62,707 nt of DNA, from positions 1 to 62,707 of the forward strand of contig JBKJLC010000094.1 of assembly GCA_046597055.1 (NCBI GenBank), given 5' to 3'. Position 1 is the first letter of the stretch; the number at the start of each line of letters is the position of its first letter. Shown here one piece after another: positions 32,901 through 42,032 of this stretch. This DNA comes from Kofleriaceae bacterium (GTDB taxonomy: Bacteria > Myxococcota_A > Polyangia > Haliangiales > Haliangiaceae). The notes under the pieces are model-generated. The model was not told the DNA's origin. It was given only the letters and a program-made list of their open reading frames with translations, and searched no databases. Position numbers and translations under genes: made by a program.

Positions 32901-33315
32901 ACTCCCAGAACCGATCGGCCAGCTGCGCGGCCAGCTGGACCCGGCGCGGCCCGCGGCCGTCGTCGCCATCCTCGTCGAGGAACGCGCGCGGCTCGGCCAT
33001 CACCGGCTCGGCCAGCAGCGCCGGGTCGGCCAGCACGCTCGCGCACACCGCTTCGAGCCGGCGCTTGTCGAGCGCCTGTAGCGTCGGACGGTCGGCGGTG
33101 AGCACCTCGCCCAGCAGCTCCTGCATGCGCACCGCGGTGTAGCCGGCCGCGACCCCGCCCCGGCGCGCGACCTCGTACTGCAACCAGCGCTCGACCACCC
33201 GGTTCTCGGTCACCAGGTACGGCGGCGCGAACGGATCGGCGGCGTCGGCGAGGAGCTCCGCCAGCCAGGCGGCCAGCTCCTCGAAGCGGTTGCTCTCGAC
33301 GACGCGCAAGGACAC
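29905..33315 (-). CDS. recC: Exodeoxyribonuclease V gamma subunit
   Basis: VVESNRFEELA, SPCAEYWGD, CPSPARELE, RPLPFRVI, ARERLYLSY, HPLHRF; first gene of the recC-recB-recD operon. Confidence 0.93.
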   Translation of the reverse strand: MSLRVVESNRFEELAAWLAELLADAADPFAPPYLVTENRVVERWLQYEVARRGGVAAGYTAVRMQELLGEVLTADRPTLQALDKRRLEAVCASVLADPALLAEPVMAEPRAFLDEDGDDGRGPRRVQLAAQLADRFWEYALTRPDWLEAWERGGAAELGTSDTALAAWQARLWQAVTGHLRGLTTPEGRRWVVTPRLAVARHHAGLAAPAGPPIIVAGFGFLPRAYLDALAYLATARDVIVLALSPCAEYWGDVARTRRRPPRAGGPQAKAAEDPPALMRWGSPGRDHLSTLAELSEGDIDDRFLDPLPEGVRPSARDLWAFDTLVRAAPDAADPRRATRSGVEVLACPSPARELEIVASEIVRLCAADPTLAASDIAVLLPPGATEPYLAQLPAVFGGLEVPYHVVDVPAVGHGHVVEAAQLLLALPLGSFRRPELLGLMTHPAVQARHPHVDPADWVRWADALGIVHGADHEDHAGTYLAAADHFHWEQGLRRLALGAFMASRTSDADTIARLANRTYLPEEVGSDDQASAATFALLARSLIADARWLRRERQPLATWAQILDALCEAYLGGRGATGVAELGRVRAILADLAELDLDGRELDYRELAELAHRRLDRVRGDRGEPLAHGVHVARLTPHRPLPFRVIFAVGLGEDDFPASDRPAALDLRRDRRKHDVGARDRDRYGFLETALAARERLYLSYVAREPVSGEARMPSTVLHELAEMLAPYLGVSPEAALATMTERHPLHRFAPDYDAALPRSAAATTTRERHAAGIRAAVEEAAADTGAAVPSPRDLRRTLSSDDALRSYASALGVGLGRDLRPTSDDAPLVLRITALRRFLESAPQGWAQAVLRLEEDDDDEGLADRDEEPLALGPLERSTVVRAAFARYLAGEPLDDALVRTWERLQLGGKVPVGVFAEATRPRLDALVRTWAAELDRHGGRDQTFTVFGLGKTPREKAELLPPVRLEVATPGGPRLVEIVGTTSPWGEHAGSLVLAPGSLSPRHVLRAAFDHLVLAAAGRFRFGMKHLLLGGRGKHLVEVARHERWEPEAARAHLTLLVGDLLGAGHDYLLSLDMSVDSFEGKPPRVQESADGRPGSFGYGPMPQRELEAAPDAASLGMRRIGPLWSRYHKESA

Positions 33316-33462
33316 GACCCGCGGACGTTACTCCATGGCTCCGACGCTACCGGGCGGATCTCGTCGTCGGACAATCGCTGGGGCCGCGTCGAAGCTCTCG
33401 GATCTCGTGGCGTTTCGCCCCGACGAGAGTCAGTGCGGCGATCCGCACGGCGCGCACGCTGG

Positions 33463-34041
33463 TCACCGGGCCCGATCGGTGGGACCGGCCGGCACCGTGC
33501 CACGCCCGCCCGAGACCACGCGCGCAGTGGGAAACGCGGCCGCGCGGGCGCGCTGCGATCGACGACAGACGTAGCCGACCCGGATCGCACCCGCCAGGAT
33601 GATGATGAGCGCGGCCTTGGGGATGGCGAAGCTGGCGAGCGACCTCGGATCGTTCATCGCGGAAAGCGCCTGCAGGCCGATGAACAGCAGCAGCGCGGCC
33701 ACCGGCGCGGCCAGCGGCGCGGTCCGGGCCCAGAAGAACAGCCCGACGTGCACCGCGGCCAGGCCGCCGTAGGTCACCAGGATCCGGGTCCGCTCGCCGG
33801 GCGGCGCCGGATCGTCGAGCAGGAACATGAGCGCCATGCTGACGAAGAGGTAGCAACCCGCGACCCCGAGCATCGCGAGCCGCGCCCGCAGCGTCTCCCG
33901 GGAATCGCCGGCGTGTCTCGGCAGCACGTCCTGATCGGCGCGGCACGCCGGGCAGTACCGCTCGATGACTGGCATCGGCGCCTTGCAGTTGCAGCAGCGC
34001 ATCTGCCCGGGCGCGGGCCTGGATGCAGCGGGACGTCCCAT
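33463..34041 (-). CDS. Zinc-ribbon membrane protein
   Basis: CCNC...YCPAC followed by about 4 hydrophobic helices. Confidence 0.65.
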   Translation of the reverse strand: MGRPAASRPAPGQMRCCNCKAPMPVIERYCPACRADQDVLPRHAGDSRETLRARLAMLGVAGCYLFVSMALMFLLDDPAPPGERTRILVTYGGLAAVHVGLFFWARTAPLAAPVAALLLFIGLQALSAMNDPRSLASFAIPKAALIIILAGAIRVGYVCRRSQRARAAAFPTARVVSGGRGTVPAGPTDRAR

Positions 34042-34099
34042 GGCGACCAAGTATCGCGGACGCCCCCACCGCCGCCAGGCAATTGCTGGCAGCGCCACC

Positions 34100-35197
34100 C
34101 TACTGGATGGTCGAGTCGACCACCGCGATCGGGGTGTCGTCGTGGGTCGAGATCTGCGGGTACTGCGTGTACCAGGTCCCGCCCAGGTTGCCCGTGATGA
34201 CCGAGCGGTCGATGCGGACGTCGCCGGTGTGGTTGTTGGTGACGAAGAAGATCGCGCTGCCGTGCTGGACCGCCTGGTTGTCGGCGATCGCGACCCCGCA
34301 CAGCGACAGCGTCATCTCGTTGCCGTCGTTGTAGACCGCGCCGCCGCTGCCGCCCCCGGCCGCGCCGCCCTGGGGCGGGTTGCCGCCGGCGCCGATCGCG
34401 CGGTTGTGCGAGAAGCGGCTGTTGAAGATCGACCACGACACGCCGATGCTGCTGAGTCCGCCGCCGTTCGAGCAGGTGTTGCCGAAGCCCGCGGCGCCAC
34501 CGAACGTGGAGTTGACGACGTAGATGGGCTTGTCCTCGGACTGATCGAAGGCGCGCACGCCGGCGCCGCCGACGTCGGGTCCGCTGTCGGCGCACACGTT
34601 GCCGAAGAAGCGGGTGTTGACCAGGCGGAGCCGGCCGCCGCGGGCCCAGATCGCGGCACCGCCGTCGTACTCGGTCTCGCTTCTCGAGTTGCCGTCGATG
34701 AAGGTGAGGTTCTGGACGGTCAGGCGCGGGTGATCCTGATCGTTGCAGTGGGCCGTGGTCCAGCCCTGCGCTTCGTCGCAGGTGTTCATGTAGAGGATGC
34801 GGGTGCGGCCGCCGCCGCTGAGCGTGACCTTGCCGCCGCCGTCGATCACGATCTCGGGGCCGGTGGCGTTGACGATCTTGGCCGGTCGGTCGAGCGTGAT
34901 CGTCACCGGGTCCGGGCCACACGCGAAGGTGATCACGCCGCCAGCTGCGACCGCGGCGATCACGGCGTCGCTCGTGCAACTGGCCGCGGTGCCGTCACCG
35001 ACCACGGTGCGCGGGCTCGAGACGTCGGCCAGGCCAGCCTCGGCCGGCACCGGGCAGGTCCCCGTCGGGTTGCCGGCGGCCGGCCCGTCGTCGGGGTCGG
35101 TGAGCGGGTTGGGCACGTCGACGCCGTCGTCACCGGCATCGCCGCCGCACGCCGACGTCAGGACGATCACGGCGAGCGAGACGAGCGTGCGGACCAT
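34100..35197 (-). CDS. Lipoprotein with right-handed beta-helix (pectin-lyase-like) repeats
   Basis: LTSAC lipobox, GGAGG RBS, VGDGTAASCT, repeated GGA(I/V)/FxxN motifs. Confidence 0.75.
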   Translation of the reverse strand: MVRTLVSLAVIVLTSACGGDAGDDGVDVPNPLTDPDDGPAAGNPTGTCPVPAEAGLADVSSPRTVVGDGTAASCTSDAVIAAVAAGGVITFACGPDPVTITLDRPAKIVNATGPEIVIDGGGKVTLSGGGRTRILYMNTCDEAQGWTTAHCNDQDHPRLTVQNLTFIDGNSRSETEYDGGAAIWARGGRLRLVNTRFFGNVCADSGPDVGGAGVRAFDQSEDKPIYVVNSTFGGAAGFGNTCSNGGGLSSIGVSWSIFNSRFSHNRAIGAGGNPPQGGAAGGGSGGAVYNDGNEMTLSLCGVAIADNQAVQHGSAIFFVTNNHTGDVRIDRSVITGNLGGTWYTQYPQISTHDDTPIAVVDSTIQ

Positions 35198-35425
35198 GCG
35201 AACCTCCACCGCTCGAGTCTAGTCCAGCGCCGGACGCGTCAGCCACGGGGTGCGTGTGCCGCGATGTGGGCCGGGGCCGCCACCACCGGTCACGGGTCAT
35301 GACTCCGACGGAGACGGTCGGTTGCCCCGGCGGCGGCAAACAACGCTGCGCTTTTGCGCGCGCCCGACAGCTCGGTGATCGCGTGGCCCGCAGGTCAGGA
35401 GCGGCGCCGGTGCTACCGTCCCGGC

Positions 35426-36178
35426 ATGCAAGGTTTCGCGCGCGGCCCGGACGACGTGATGCGCGGCTACCGGTTCCTGGCCGCACATCCGCGGCTGTGG
35501 GGCTGGGTGATCGCGCCGGCGGTGGTGACGCTGCTGCTGCTGGTCGCGGCGATCTGGGGCGTGGTCGCGGTCGCCGGCCCGGTGGTCGACTGGGTGACCG
35601 GCTGGATGCCCGACACCGTCGAGAGCTGGGCCAGCTGGCTGGTGTGGCTGCTGGTGGTGGTGGCGCTCGGGTTCGGGGCGGTGTTGATCTTCGTGTCGGT
35701 GGCCGGCGCGGTCGCGGGGCCGTTCAACGAGCTGCTGTCGGAGGCGGTCGAGCGGCAGCTGACCGGCGTGCGCGGTCCGCGTTTTTCGCCGATCGGCTTC
35801 GCGCGCGACGCCGGGGTCGGGGTGTTGCACGGCCTGCGGCGGCTGCTGGTGTTTCTGGCCGGCGCGGTGGTCCTGTTCGCCATCGCGCTCATCCCGGTGA
35901 TCGGGACCCTGGCCGCGGCGGCCATCGGCTTCTGGCTGGCGGCGCGGGGCGCGTCCTACGACTGTTACGACGCGGTGCTGGCGCGGCGCGGCCTCGGGTA
36001 CCATGACAAGCTCCGCTACCTCCGCCAGCACCGCGGCCGCACCTTCGGCCTCGGCGCCACCGTCGCCGGCCTGCTGCTGGTGCCGGGCATCAACCTGGTC
36101 GCGCTCGGCCTCGGCGCCACCGGCGCGACCCTCGCCGTCCGCGAGCTCGACGGCGACGGCAGCGCGCCACGGACCTGA
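35426..36178 (+). CDS. EI24 / CysZ-like membrane protein
   Basis: Multi-TM; VAGPFNELLSEAVE, LLLVPGINL. Confidence 0.82.
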   Translation: MQGFARGPDDVMRGYRFLAAHPRLWGWVIAPAVVTLLLLVAAIWGVVAVAGPVVDWVTGWMPDTVESWASWLVWLLVVVALGFGAVLIFVSVAGAVAGPFNELLSEAVERQLTGVRGPRFSPIGFARDAGVGVLHGLRRLLVFLAGAVVLFAIALIPVIGTLAAAAIGFWLAARGASYDCYDAVLARRGLGYHDKLRYLRQHRGRTFGLGATVAGLLLVPGINLVALGLGATGATLAVRELDGDGSAPRT

Positions 36179-36213
36179 GCGCGCAGTCGCTGATCGGGCC
36201 GAGGGTGACCGGG

Positions 36214-37782
36214 TCAGCGGCCGTTGGCGCCGGCGTCCACGGCCATCGGCGCGGGCGACCCGGTCGTGGTGGTCCCGGTGCCGGTCCCGGTGGCGGGCGC
36301 CGACGGGAGGCCGGCGTCGGAGCCGGCACCCGGCGCGGGGGGACCCGGTGTCGCGAGCATGGCACCGGTCGGCGGCCGCAGAGGCGGACCGGAGGCCGCG
36401 GCGACCCCGCGCAGCGCGAGCTGACCCTGCCGCGCCAGATCGACCGAGATCGCGAGGATCCGCGCCGCCTCGCCGGGCGCGTGGAAGCCCATGCTGTTCT
36501 CGGCCTCGATGAAGTCGACGTAGAACTGCGCCTGCCGCTGCAGCGCCCGCGCAGGCGCCAGGTCGGCGTCGGTGCGGCCGGCCGCGACCGCGGCCTGGAG
36601 GTCGCCGATCAGATCGAGCAGCGCGTCGAGCGCGCGGCCGCGCAGCTCGTGGGTCCGGTCCTGGATCGCGACCACCCGCGCGCGCAGCTCCTCTTCGGGG
36701 AACTTGTGGCACGGCTGGCAGGCACGGTTGATGTTCAGCACCGGGCTGCGGACGTGGTGGTCGCTGATCTTGGTCGCGCCGACCCGCTGGTACGGCATGT
36801 GGCAGTCCGCGCACGACACGCCCGACCGCGCGTGGATGCCCTGGTTCCACAGCTCGAACTCGGGATGCTGGGCCTTGAGCACGCGCGCGCCGGTCTGCTT
36901 GTGCGTGAAGTCGGCGTGATCGACCTCGCGGTAGTAGGCGTAGATCGCGTCGATGGTGAGGCCCTTGGCCCACGGATAGACCAGGCGCTTCTCGGGGCCC
37001 TGGAAGTAGTACTCGACGTGGCACTGCCCGCACACGAACGAGCGCAGCTCCTGGTGGGTCGCGTCGCGGTTGACGTCGTAGCCCGTCACGCCCTGCGACG
37101 CCTTCAGCGCACGCAGGCCCTCCATGAACGCGGGCCGGGTGACCCGCAGCGCCATGGTGCTGGGATCGTGGCAATCGAGGCACGCCACCGGGTGGGTGAC
37201 CTGCTTGCGCGCCTCGGCGTAGGGCATCGCGTTGATCTTCTCGAAGCCCGCGGTGAGGTCACCGCCGCCGAGCTGGCGGTAGACCGCGACCATCGACGCG
37301 TGGCAGTTGAGGCAGGTGCCCGGCTGCTTCACGACCCGCTGCCGCTCGGTGAAGGTCTGGTCGTCGAGCATGTAGCTGTGGCCGCGCTCCTCTCGGAAGT
37401 CGACCGCGAACGCGTAGCCATTCCACATCGCGACCAGGCGCGGGTCCTCTTCGAGCCGTGACTGCGCCACGATCGACCGCGGGTCGGCCGAGGTCGGCGT
37501 GCGCGGCGTCGCCTCGCTGCCGCCGTAGCGGGTCCGTACCTGGTCGACGGTGCGTCGGTAGCCGTCGTACTGCAGCGGGAAGTTCTTGCCCCAGATCGCA
37601 GGGTCGACCGTGTCCTCGGTCAGCTCGACGACGCGGAAGAACGGGTTGTGGGCCTCGCGCTTGCGCTCGGCGATGTTGAGCAAGAGCGCGGCCGCGGCGG
37701 CTGCCGCGAGCGCGCCGGCGACCACGACCAGCAGGAGCGTGCGGGGACGAACACGGGGGGAGGTCTCGGGTGAGTCGGTCAC
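36214..37782 (-). CDS. nrfA: Ammonia-forming cytochrome c nitrite reductase (pentaheme)
   Basis: WNGYAF..DFREERGH, 5 heme motifs CLNCH/CLDCH/CGQCH(VEYYF)/CADCH/CQPCH, KAQHPEFE, AENSMGFHAP. Confidence 0.95.
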   Translation of the reverse strand: MTDSPETSPRVRPRTLLLVVVAGALAAAAAAALLLNIAERKREAHNPFFRVVELTEDTVDPAIWGKNFPLQYDGYRRTVDQVRTRYGGSEATPRTPTSADPRSIVAQSRLEEDPRLVAMWNGYAFAVDFREERGHSYMLDDQTFTERQRVVKQPGTCLNCHASMVAVYRQLGGGDLTAGFEKINAMPYAEARKQVTHPVACLDCHDPSTMALRVTRPAFMEGLRALKASQGVTGYDVNRDATHQELRSFVCGQCHVEYYFQGPEKRLVYPWAKGLTIDAIYAYYREVDHADFTHKQTGARVLKAQHPEFELWNQGIHARSGVSCADCHMPYQRVGATKISDHHVRSPVLNINRACQPCHKFPEEELRARVVAIQDRTHELRGRALDALLDLIGDLQAAVAAGRTDADLAPARALQRQAQFYVDFIEAENSMGFHAPGEAARILAISVDLARQGQLALRGVAAASGPPLRPPTGAMLATPGPPAPGAGSDAGLPSAPATGTGTGTTTTGSPAPMAVDAGANGR

Positions 37783-37790
37783 GGTGACTC

Positions 37791-38243
37791 CTAATCGCGG
37801 GTCCGGTGCCCGACGCCGTCGTGGCAACGGATACAGGAGACGGCGCCGTCGTGGCCCATCGCGGCGACCATGTCGGCGTGACAACGCCGGCACTGCGCCT
37901 CGGTGACCGAGCGATTGCGCTTGGTGATCTGGATCGGCTCGTGGAACGAGCCAGTCGTGAAGGCATACGAGTGGTAGAAGCCATTGACGGCCTTCACCCA
38001 GTACTTCGACGGACCGCTGGGCGGTGCGTGGCAGTCGTTGCAGGTCGCAACGGCGTGGTGGCTCGACTTGCGCCAGGCGTCGAGGTGCTCGCGCATGACA
38101 TGGCAGTTCGCGCACGAGCGCGGGTCGTTCCCGAGATAGGAAGCGCCCTTCGCGTACGAGAACGTGAACAGGGCAAGGCCGATCGCCGCCCCGATCAGGG
38201 CGCTGGCGACGAAGGCGATGATCGTGTTTCGACGGCGCGACAT
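37791..38243 (-). CDS. nrfH: Cytochrome c nitrite reductase small subunit (tetraheme)
   Basis: N-terminal TM, SYLGNDP.SCANCHVM, CNDCH, CRRCH, CIRCH..VGH; directly upstream of nrfA. Confidence 0.94.
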   Translation of the reverse strand: MSRRRNTIIAFVASALIGAAIGLALFTFSYAKGASYLGNDPRSCANCHVMREHLDAWRKSSHHAVATCNDCHAPPSGPSKYWVKAVNGFYHSYAFTTGSFHEPIQITKRNRSVTEAQCRRCHADMVAAMGHDGAVSCIRCHDGVGHRTRD

Positions 38244-38401
38244 GGCGGGTGCTGGCCGAGCGCTGGCGACCACGAGGCCGGTGGCCGCGCGTCGCGGTCC
38301 GGGCTGCGGTCGAACCCAGGCGACGACGCGATCGCACCGGACCACGTTGGACAGGGCCGGTCAACGCGCCATTCGCGCACAGTTTGCGCGGCGGCGGCGC
38401 G

Positions 38402-39121
38402 GTCCTCGAGCTCCGGGTTGACGAGCGGCACGGGTCGCCAGCCACCCGCGCCATCCGAGACCTCGAGCGCGAATGCGTCGAACCAGCCCGCGTCGCCCAG
38501 GGTGAGGCCGCCGAGGACGACCGCCTCCGCATCAGCAGCGACCTCGCCGGTGCTCGCCCCGCGTTGCGACGTCGCGGTGGTCACCCGGCCGGTCCATCAT
38601 GTTGTCGAAGAAGCCTGTCGCGGACGCCGGACGATCGACCCGCAGCCACACACCGACCTGCGTGCCGGGTCGGCGCGGAGCTGCGCGGACAGGCGACCTT
38701 CTTCCCGCGCAGCGGTTCGGCGTTCATGCGCTGAGAGAACGAGCCCCAGCTGCCACTGCGTACCCAGCCCGTCCGGCTGGTATGTCGGCTCTGGTAGGTC
38801 TCGTCCTGGCCGCCATCGAAACCGGGCCCGAGGTGCTGCCATGCGACCGGCTCGAGACCGACGGTGCTCGCTGGATGGAGCGCGGCGATCAGGGGCGCAG
38901 GCTCGCTGACGCTCGCGATCCGGATCGTGGGCCCGAGCGGGCGGACCAGCTCGGTCAGTGCCGTCGCCAGCGCGTGCCCATCAGCCGCGCCGCGGACGTG
39001 CCGACCCCAGCGTCGCGTAGCGGTTCCAGTCGAGCTCGGCTGCCTCGTCGCCCGGGTGAATCCAGCGCACCACGCCGTCGAGCCGCGCGGAGGCGTGCAA
39101 GTCGACCAGCTCGCGCGCCTC
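38402..39121 (-). pseudogene. Frameshifted N-terminal relic of an S41-type peptidase with carbohydrate-binding-like insert
   Basis: Stitched frames give ARLDGVVRWIHPGDEAAELDWNRY / VAWQHLG..TYQSRH..QRMNAEPLRGKKV / RLSAQLRA / WLRVDRP..GFFDNMMDRP / GEVAADAEAVVLG..WFDAFALEV. Confidence 0.6.
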
Positions 39122-39179
39122 GGGGGCGGGCGTTGGTGGTGCTGGTGCCCGATGTCGGGGAGGTGTGCTCAGGCGACGC

Positions 39180-39905
39180 TCATGGCGCGGGCCCCGGCAC
39201 CTCGCGCGGATCGATCGGGCCGTGCCGTCGCCAGCCGACCCGGAGCAGCCAGCTCGCCGCCGGCACCACCGGTAGCGGCTCGGCGCCCAGGGCGGCTCCC
39301 AGCGGCACCGCGCCCGGGCGCCAGCCGTCGAAGCGGATGCCGCTCGAGTAGGGATCGACCTGGGCCCGGCGCTGGGCGACGCCGCCGACGTCTTCGCAGT
39401 GACGACGCCAGTTGTTGATGACGTAGCAGAGCGCGTGACGCGCCTGCCGCGGCGTGCGGATGACGGTCACGTGGTACCGCGACAGGAACACCTGGCCGCG
39501 GTGCGGTCGCGCCAGGCGTCGGTCGCGCGTGATCGCCTGATTGAGCCGGCGGGCGGCCGAGATCTCGAAGCCCTGCATGCCGCGGGCGAGCGCACGCTCG
39601 TCGTCGGCCTCGACCAGCAGGTGCACGTGGTTGTGCTGAATGCTGATGTGCACGATGCGGAAGGCGTGGCGCGGCAACGTCGTGACCATCGCGCCGCGGA
39701 GCGCCTGGTACGCACTGCGGCGGCGGAGCCGACCGACCTCGTGGCTCACCGGCAGGACGACGTGGACCGGCAGGGCGGACGTGATGGACGCGCGCTTGCG
39801 GACGCGCCGGTGCGGGCGTCGGCCCGGTGCCGGCTTGCGGCCCGCGCCGGGACGGCGACCGCCGTGGGTCCGGAACTCGAGCGTGGTCTGCCGCGGCGTC
39901 GCCAT
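39180..39905 (-). mobile_element. Y1 HUH tyrosine transposase (RAYT / IS200-like TnpA)
   Basis: HGGRRPGAGRK N-terminus, PVHVVL, SIQHNHVHLLVEA (HUH), VFLSRYH, CYVINNWRRH (catalytic Tyr), DPYSS. Confidence 0.85.
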
Positions 39906-39982
39906 CTTGATTGCACCGATAATATCATCGGGGCGCTGTGCGTCAAGAGATGTCCGTGCTTGCACACAACAATGTATTTCGC

Positions 39983-40003
39983 GCTCGACGCTCGACGCTC
40001 GAC
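39983..40003. repeat. Tandem repeat (GCTCGAC)x3
   Basis: gctcgacgctcgacgctcgac. Confidence 0.8.
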
Positions 40004-40087
40004 GTCGGAGCTCAGGACGTCGGTTCCGGGCGCCCGGGTGCGCCCGACCGGCGGTGGCCGAGGCCGGAGGCATGGCCCCCGCGGCTG

Positions 40088-40256
40088 GGCTGTGGACTTG
40101 ACGCGCCTGTGGAGAGCGCGCCTGACGAGGTGCGAGCAGCGAGCGGGCAGGGAGCGCGGGCGCGACTCCCCACAGGCGCTTGGAAAGCCGCGCCTTCGAG
40201 GCGTGGGTGGGCGGCTGGTGGCTCGGGGGGCGCGCCTTTGCACAAAGCCCACAGCC
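40088..40256. repeat. Branched palindromic element (three-stem structure)
   Basis: Outer stem GGCTGTGGACTT/AAGCCCACAGCC; inner stem 40103-40122/40159-40179; inner stem TGGAAAGCCGCGCC/GGCGCGCCTTTGCA. Confidence 0.75.
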
Positions 40257-40340
40257 GTGCCGACCCCAGACCCTGATCTAAAAAAACATTCCGGATCCGG
40301 AGCGATGCGGGGCGGATCCCAGCGCGGCATCCCAGCCATC

Positions 40341-40410
40341 GCAGCCGCAGCCGCTGCCGCTGCCGCTGCCGCTGCCGCTGCCGCTGCCGCTGCCGTTGCT
40401 GCTGCCGCTG
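40341..40410. repeat. Hexanucleotide microsatellite (GCTGCC)n
   Basis: 7 perfect GCTGCC copies at 40353-40394 plus degenerate flanking copies. Confidence 0.9.
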
Positions 40411-40412
40411 GC

Positions 40413-42032
40413 TCAGCGTCGGCCGCGGCGGCGCACGCGCGCCACGATCGCGGGCACCAGCCACCACGCGATCGCGCCGATCGCCACGATCCAGCCGAGC
40501 GGGCCGCCCCAGCCGCTGTAGAAGCTGGTGCGACGCGGGCCGACCGGCAGGTCGACGAGCAGGGTCGTGGGCTCGCCGCCCTCGACGACGGTGGTGCGCG
40601 CCAGGAAGTTGCCGTCGGGGTCGATCACCGATGACGGCCCGGTGTTGACCGCGCGCACCAGCGGCACGCCGATCTCGATCGCGCGGTAGCGCGCCAGCGC
40701 CTCGTGCTGGAGCGGCTCGTCGTTGCCGAACCAGCTGTCGTTGGTCAGGTTGACGACCAAGTCGGGCTGGAGCGCGGCCAGCTCGCGGCCGAAGCCGGGC
40801 ATCACGTCCTCCAGACAGACCAGGGCCGCGATCCGCAGCGGCGCGCCGTCGACCACCGCCTCGAGCAGCACCGCCCGGTCGCCGCCCGCGTAGGCGCCCG
40901 CGCCCTCGGGCATGAAGCGACGCGCCGACGGGAACCACTCGAGGACCGGGTTGTACTCGCTGCCGATCATCCGGTGCACCTTGTCGTGGCGTCCGGTGAA
41001 GCGACCATCGGCGGCGAGCATCAGCGCGCTGTTCCAGTGCGGCCCGGGCGACCCCGACGTGATCGCGCCGACCACGACCGGGATCGTGAAGCCGCGGCGC
41101 AGGCGCGCGCTCCGGTTCTCGTCGAGATCCTGGGCCAGGTCGCGCGGCAGATTGAACGGATACGCGGCCTCGCTCCACACCACCAGATCGGCGCCGCGCT
41201 GCTCGAGCTCGGCGGTCGCGCGCTGCAGGCCGCGCAGATGCTCGAGGCGCAGGCGCATCGAGTCGGGCGCGTCGTTGGCGCGGTTGGGCTGGACCACGCC
41301 GACCTGGATCGTGCGGGTCCTGCCGCCGGCGCCACGGAGGCTGGCCAGCGCGAGCAGCACGGCGTAGCCGGCGACCGCGGCCGCCGGGATCAGGCGGGAC
41401 CGGCCACGACGCTCCATGGCGTCGAGCACCGCGCCGGCGATCGCGAACACCAGGGCGGTGATCCCGGCCGGGCCCAGCGCCGCGGTCAGCGCGCGCACCG
41501 GGGCCACGTCGTGCAGCGCGATGCCACCGAGCGAGAACGGGAACGGCGTCCAGCCCAGCACCTCGACGACGAACGCGCCGAGCGCGCCGCACAGCGCGAG
41601 CGGCCACGGTCCCCGCGGATCGCCGCGGCGCTGGTCGCGCAGCCCGCGCACGAGGCGCGCGCCGAGCAAGAACACGACGCCGTGGACCACGCCCAGCACC
41701 AGCAGCCCGAACCAGGCGATCGGCGTCGACAGCCCCGCGAACCGGGTGAACAGATCGACCAGCCACGGGAAGCCGCCGAGCGTGAACACCAGCGCGGTCA
41801 GCGCGCCCCACAGCCCGGCCCGGCGTGCGGTCGGCGCCCGGTCGATCGCCCACAGCGTCGGCAGCGGCGCCAGCCATGCCAGTGGCCACACCCCGATCGG
41901 CGGCGACGCCAGGACCCACAGCAGGCCGCCGAGGATCGCGGCCGCGGCCCCGGCCAGCAGCCCCGGCCGACCGGGACGCCCCGGGAGATCGAGCCAGCTC
42001 GTGGGCGCTGGCGTCATCGCGGCCCTCGCCAT
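40413..42032 (-). CDS. lnt: Apolipoprotein N-acyltransferase
   Basis: Multi-TM N-terminus, VVQPN, VVWSEAA, HDK, VCLED, NLTNDSWF, RAIE..LVRAVNTGPS. Confidence 0.9.
   Translation of the reverse strand: MARAAMTPAPTSWLDLPGRPGRPGLLAGAAAAILGGLLWVLASPPIGVWPLAWLAPLPTLWAIDRAPTARRAGLWGALTALVFTLGGFPWLVDLFTRFAGLSTPIAWFGLLVLGVVHGVVFLLGARLVRGLRDQRRGDPRGPWPLALCGALGAFVVEVLGWTPFPFSLGGIALHDVAPVRALTAALGPAGITALVFAIAGAVLDAMERRGRSRLIPAAAVAGYAVLLALASLRGAGGRTRTIQVGVVQPNRANDAPDSMRLRLEHLRGLQRATAELEQRGADLVVWSEAAYPFNLPRDLAQDLDENRSARLRRGFTIPVVVGAITSGSPGPHWNSALMLAADGRFTGRHDKVHRMIGSEYNPVLEWFPSARRFMPEGAGAYAGGDRAVLLEAVVDGAPLRIAALVCLEDVMPGFGRELAALQPDLVVNLTNDSWFGNDEPLQHEALARYRAIEIGVPLVRAVNTGPSSVIDPDGNFLARTTVVEGGEPTTLLVDLPVGPRRTSFYSGWGGPLGWIVAIGAIAWWLVPAIVARVRRRGRR

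Noticed and set aside
24813..33046. 1719-aa and 2099-aa ORFs suggesting giant RecD/RecB fusions
   Set aside because: The N-terminal extensions are off-frame read-through of the upstream rec genes; true starts are at GTGA overlaps (26750, 29908)
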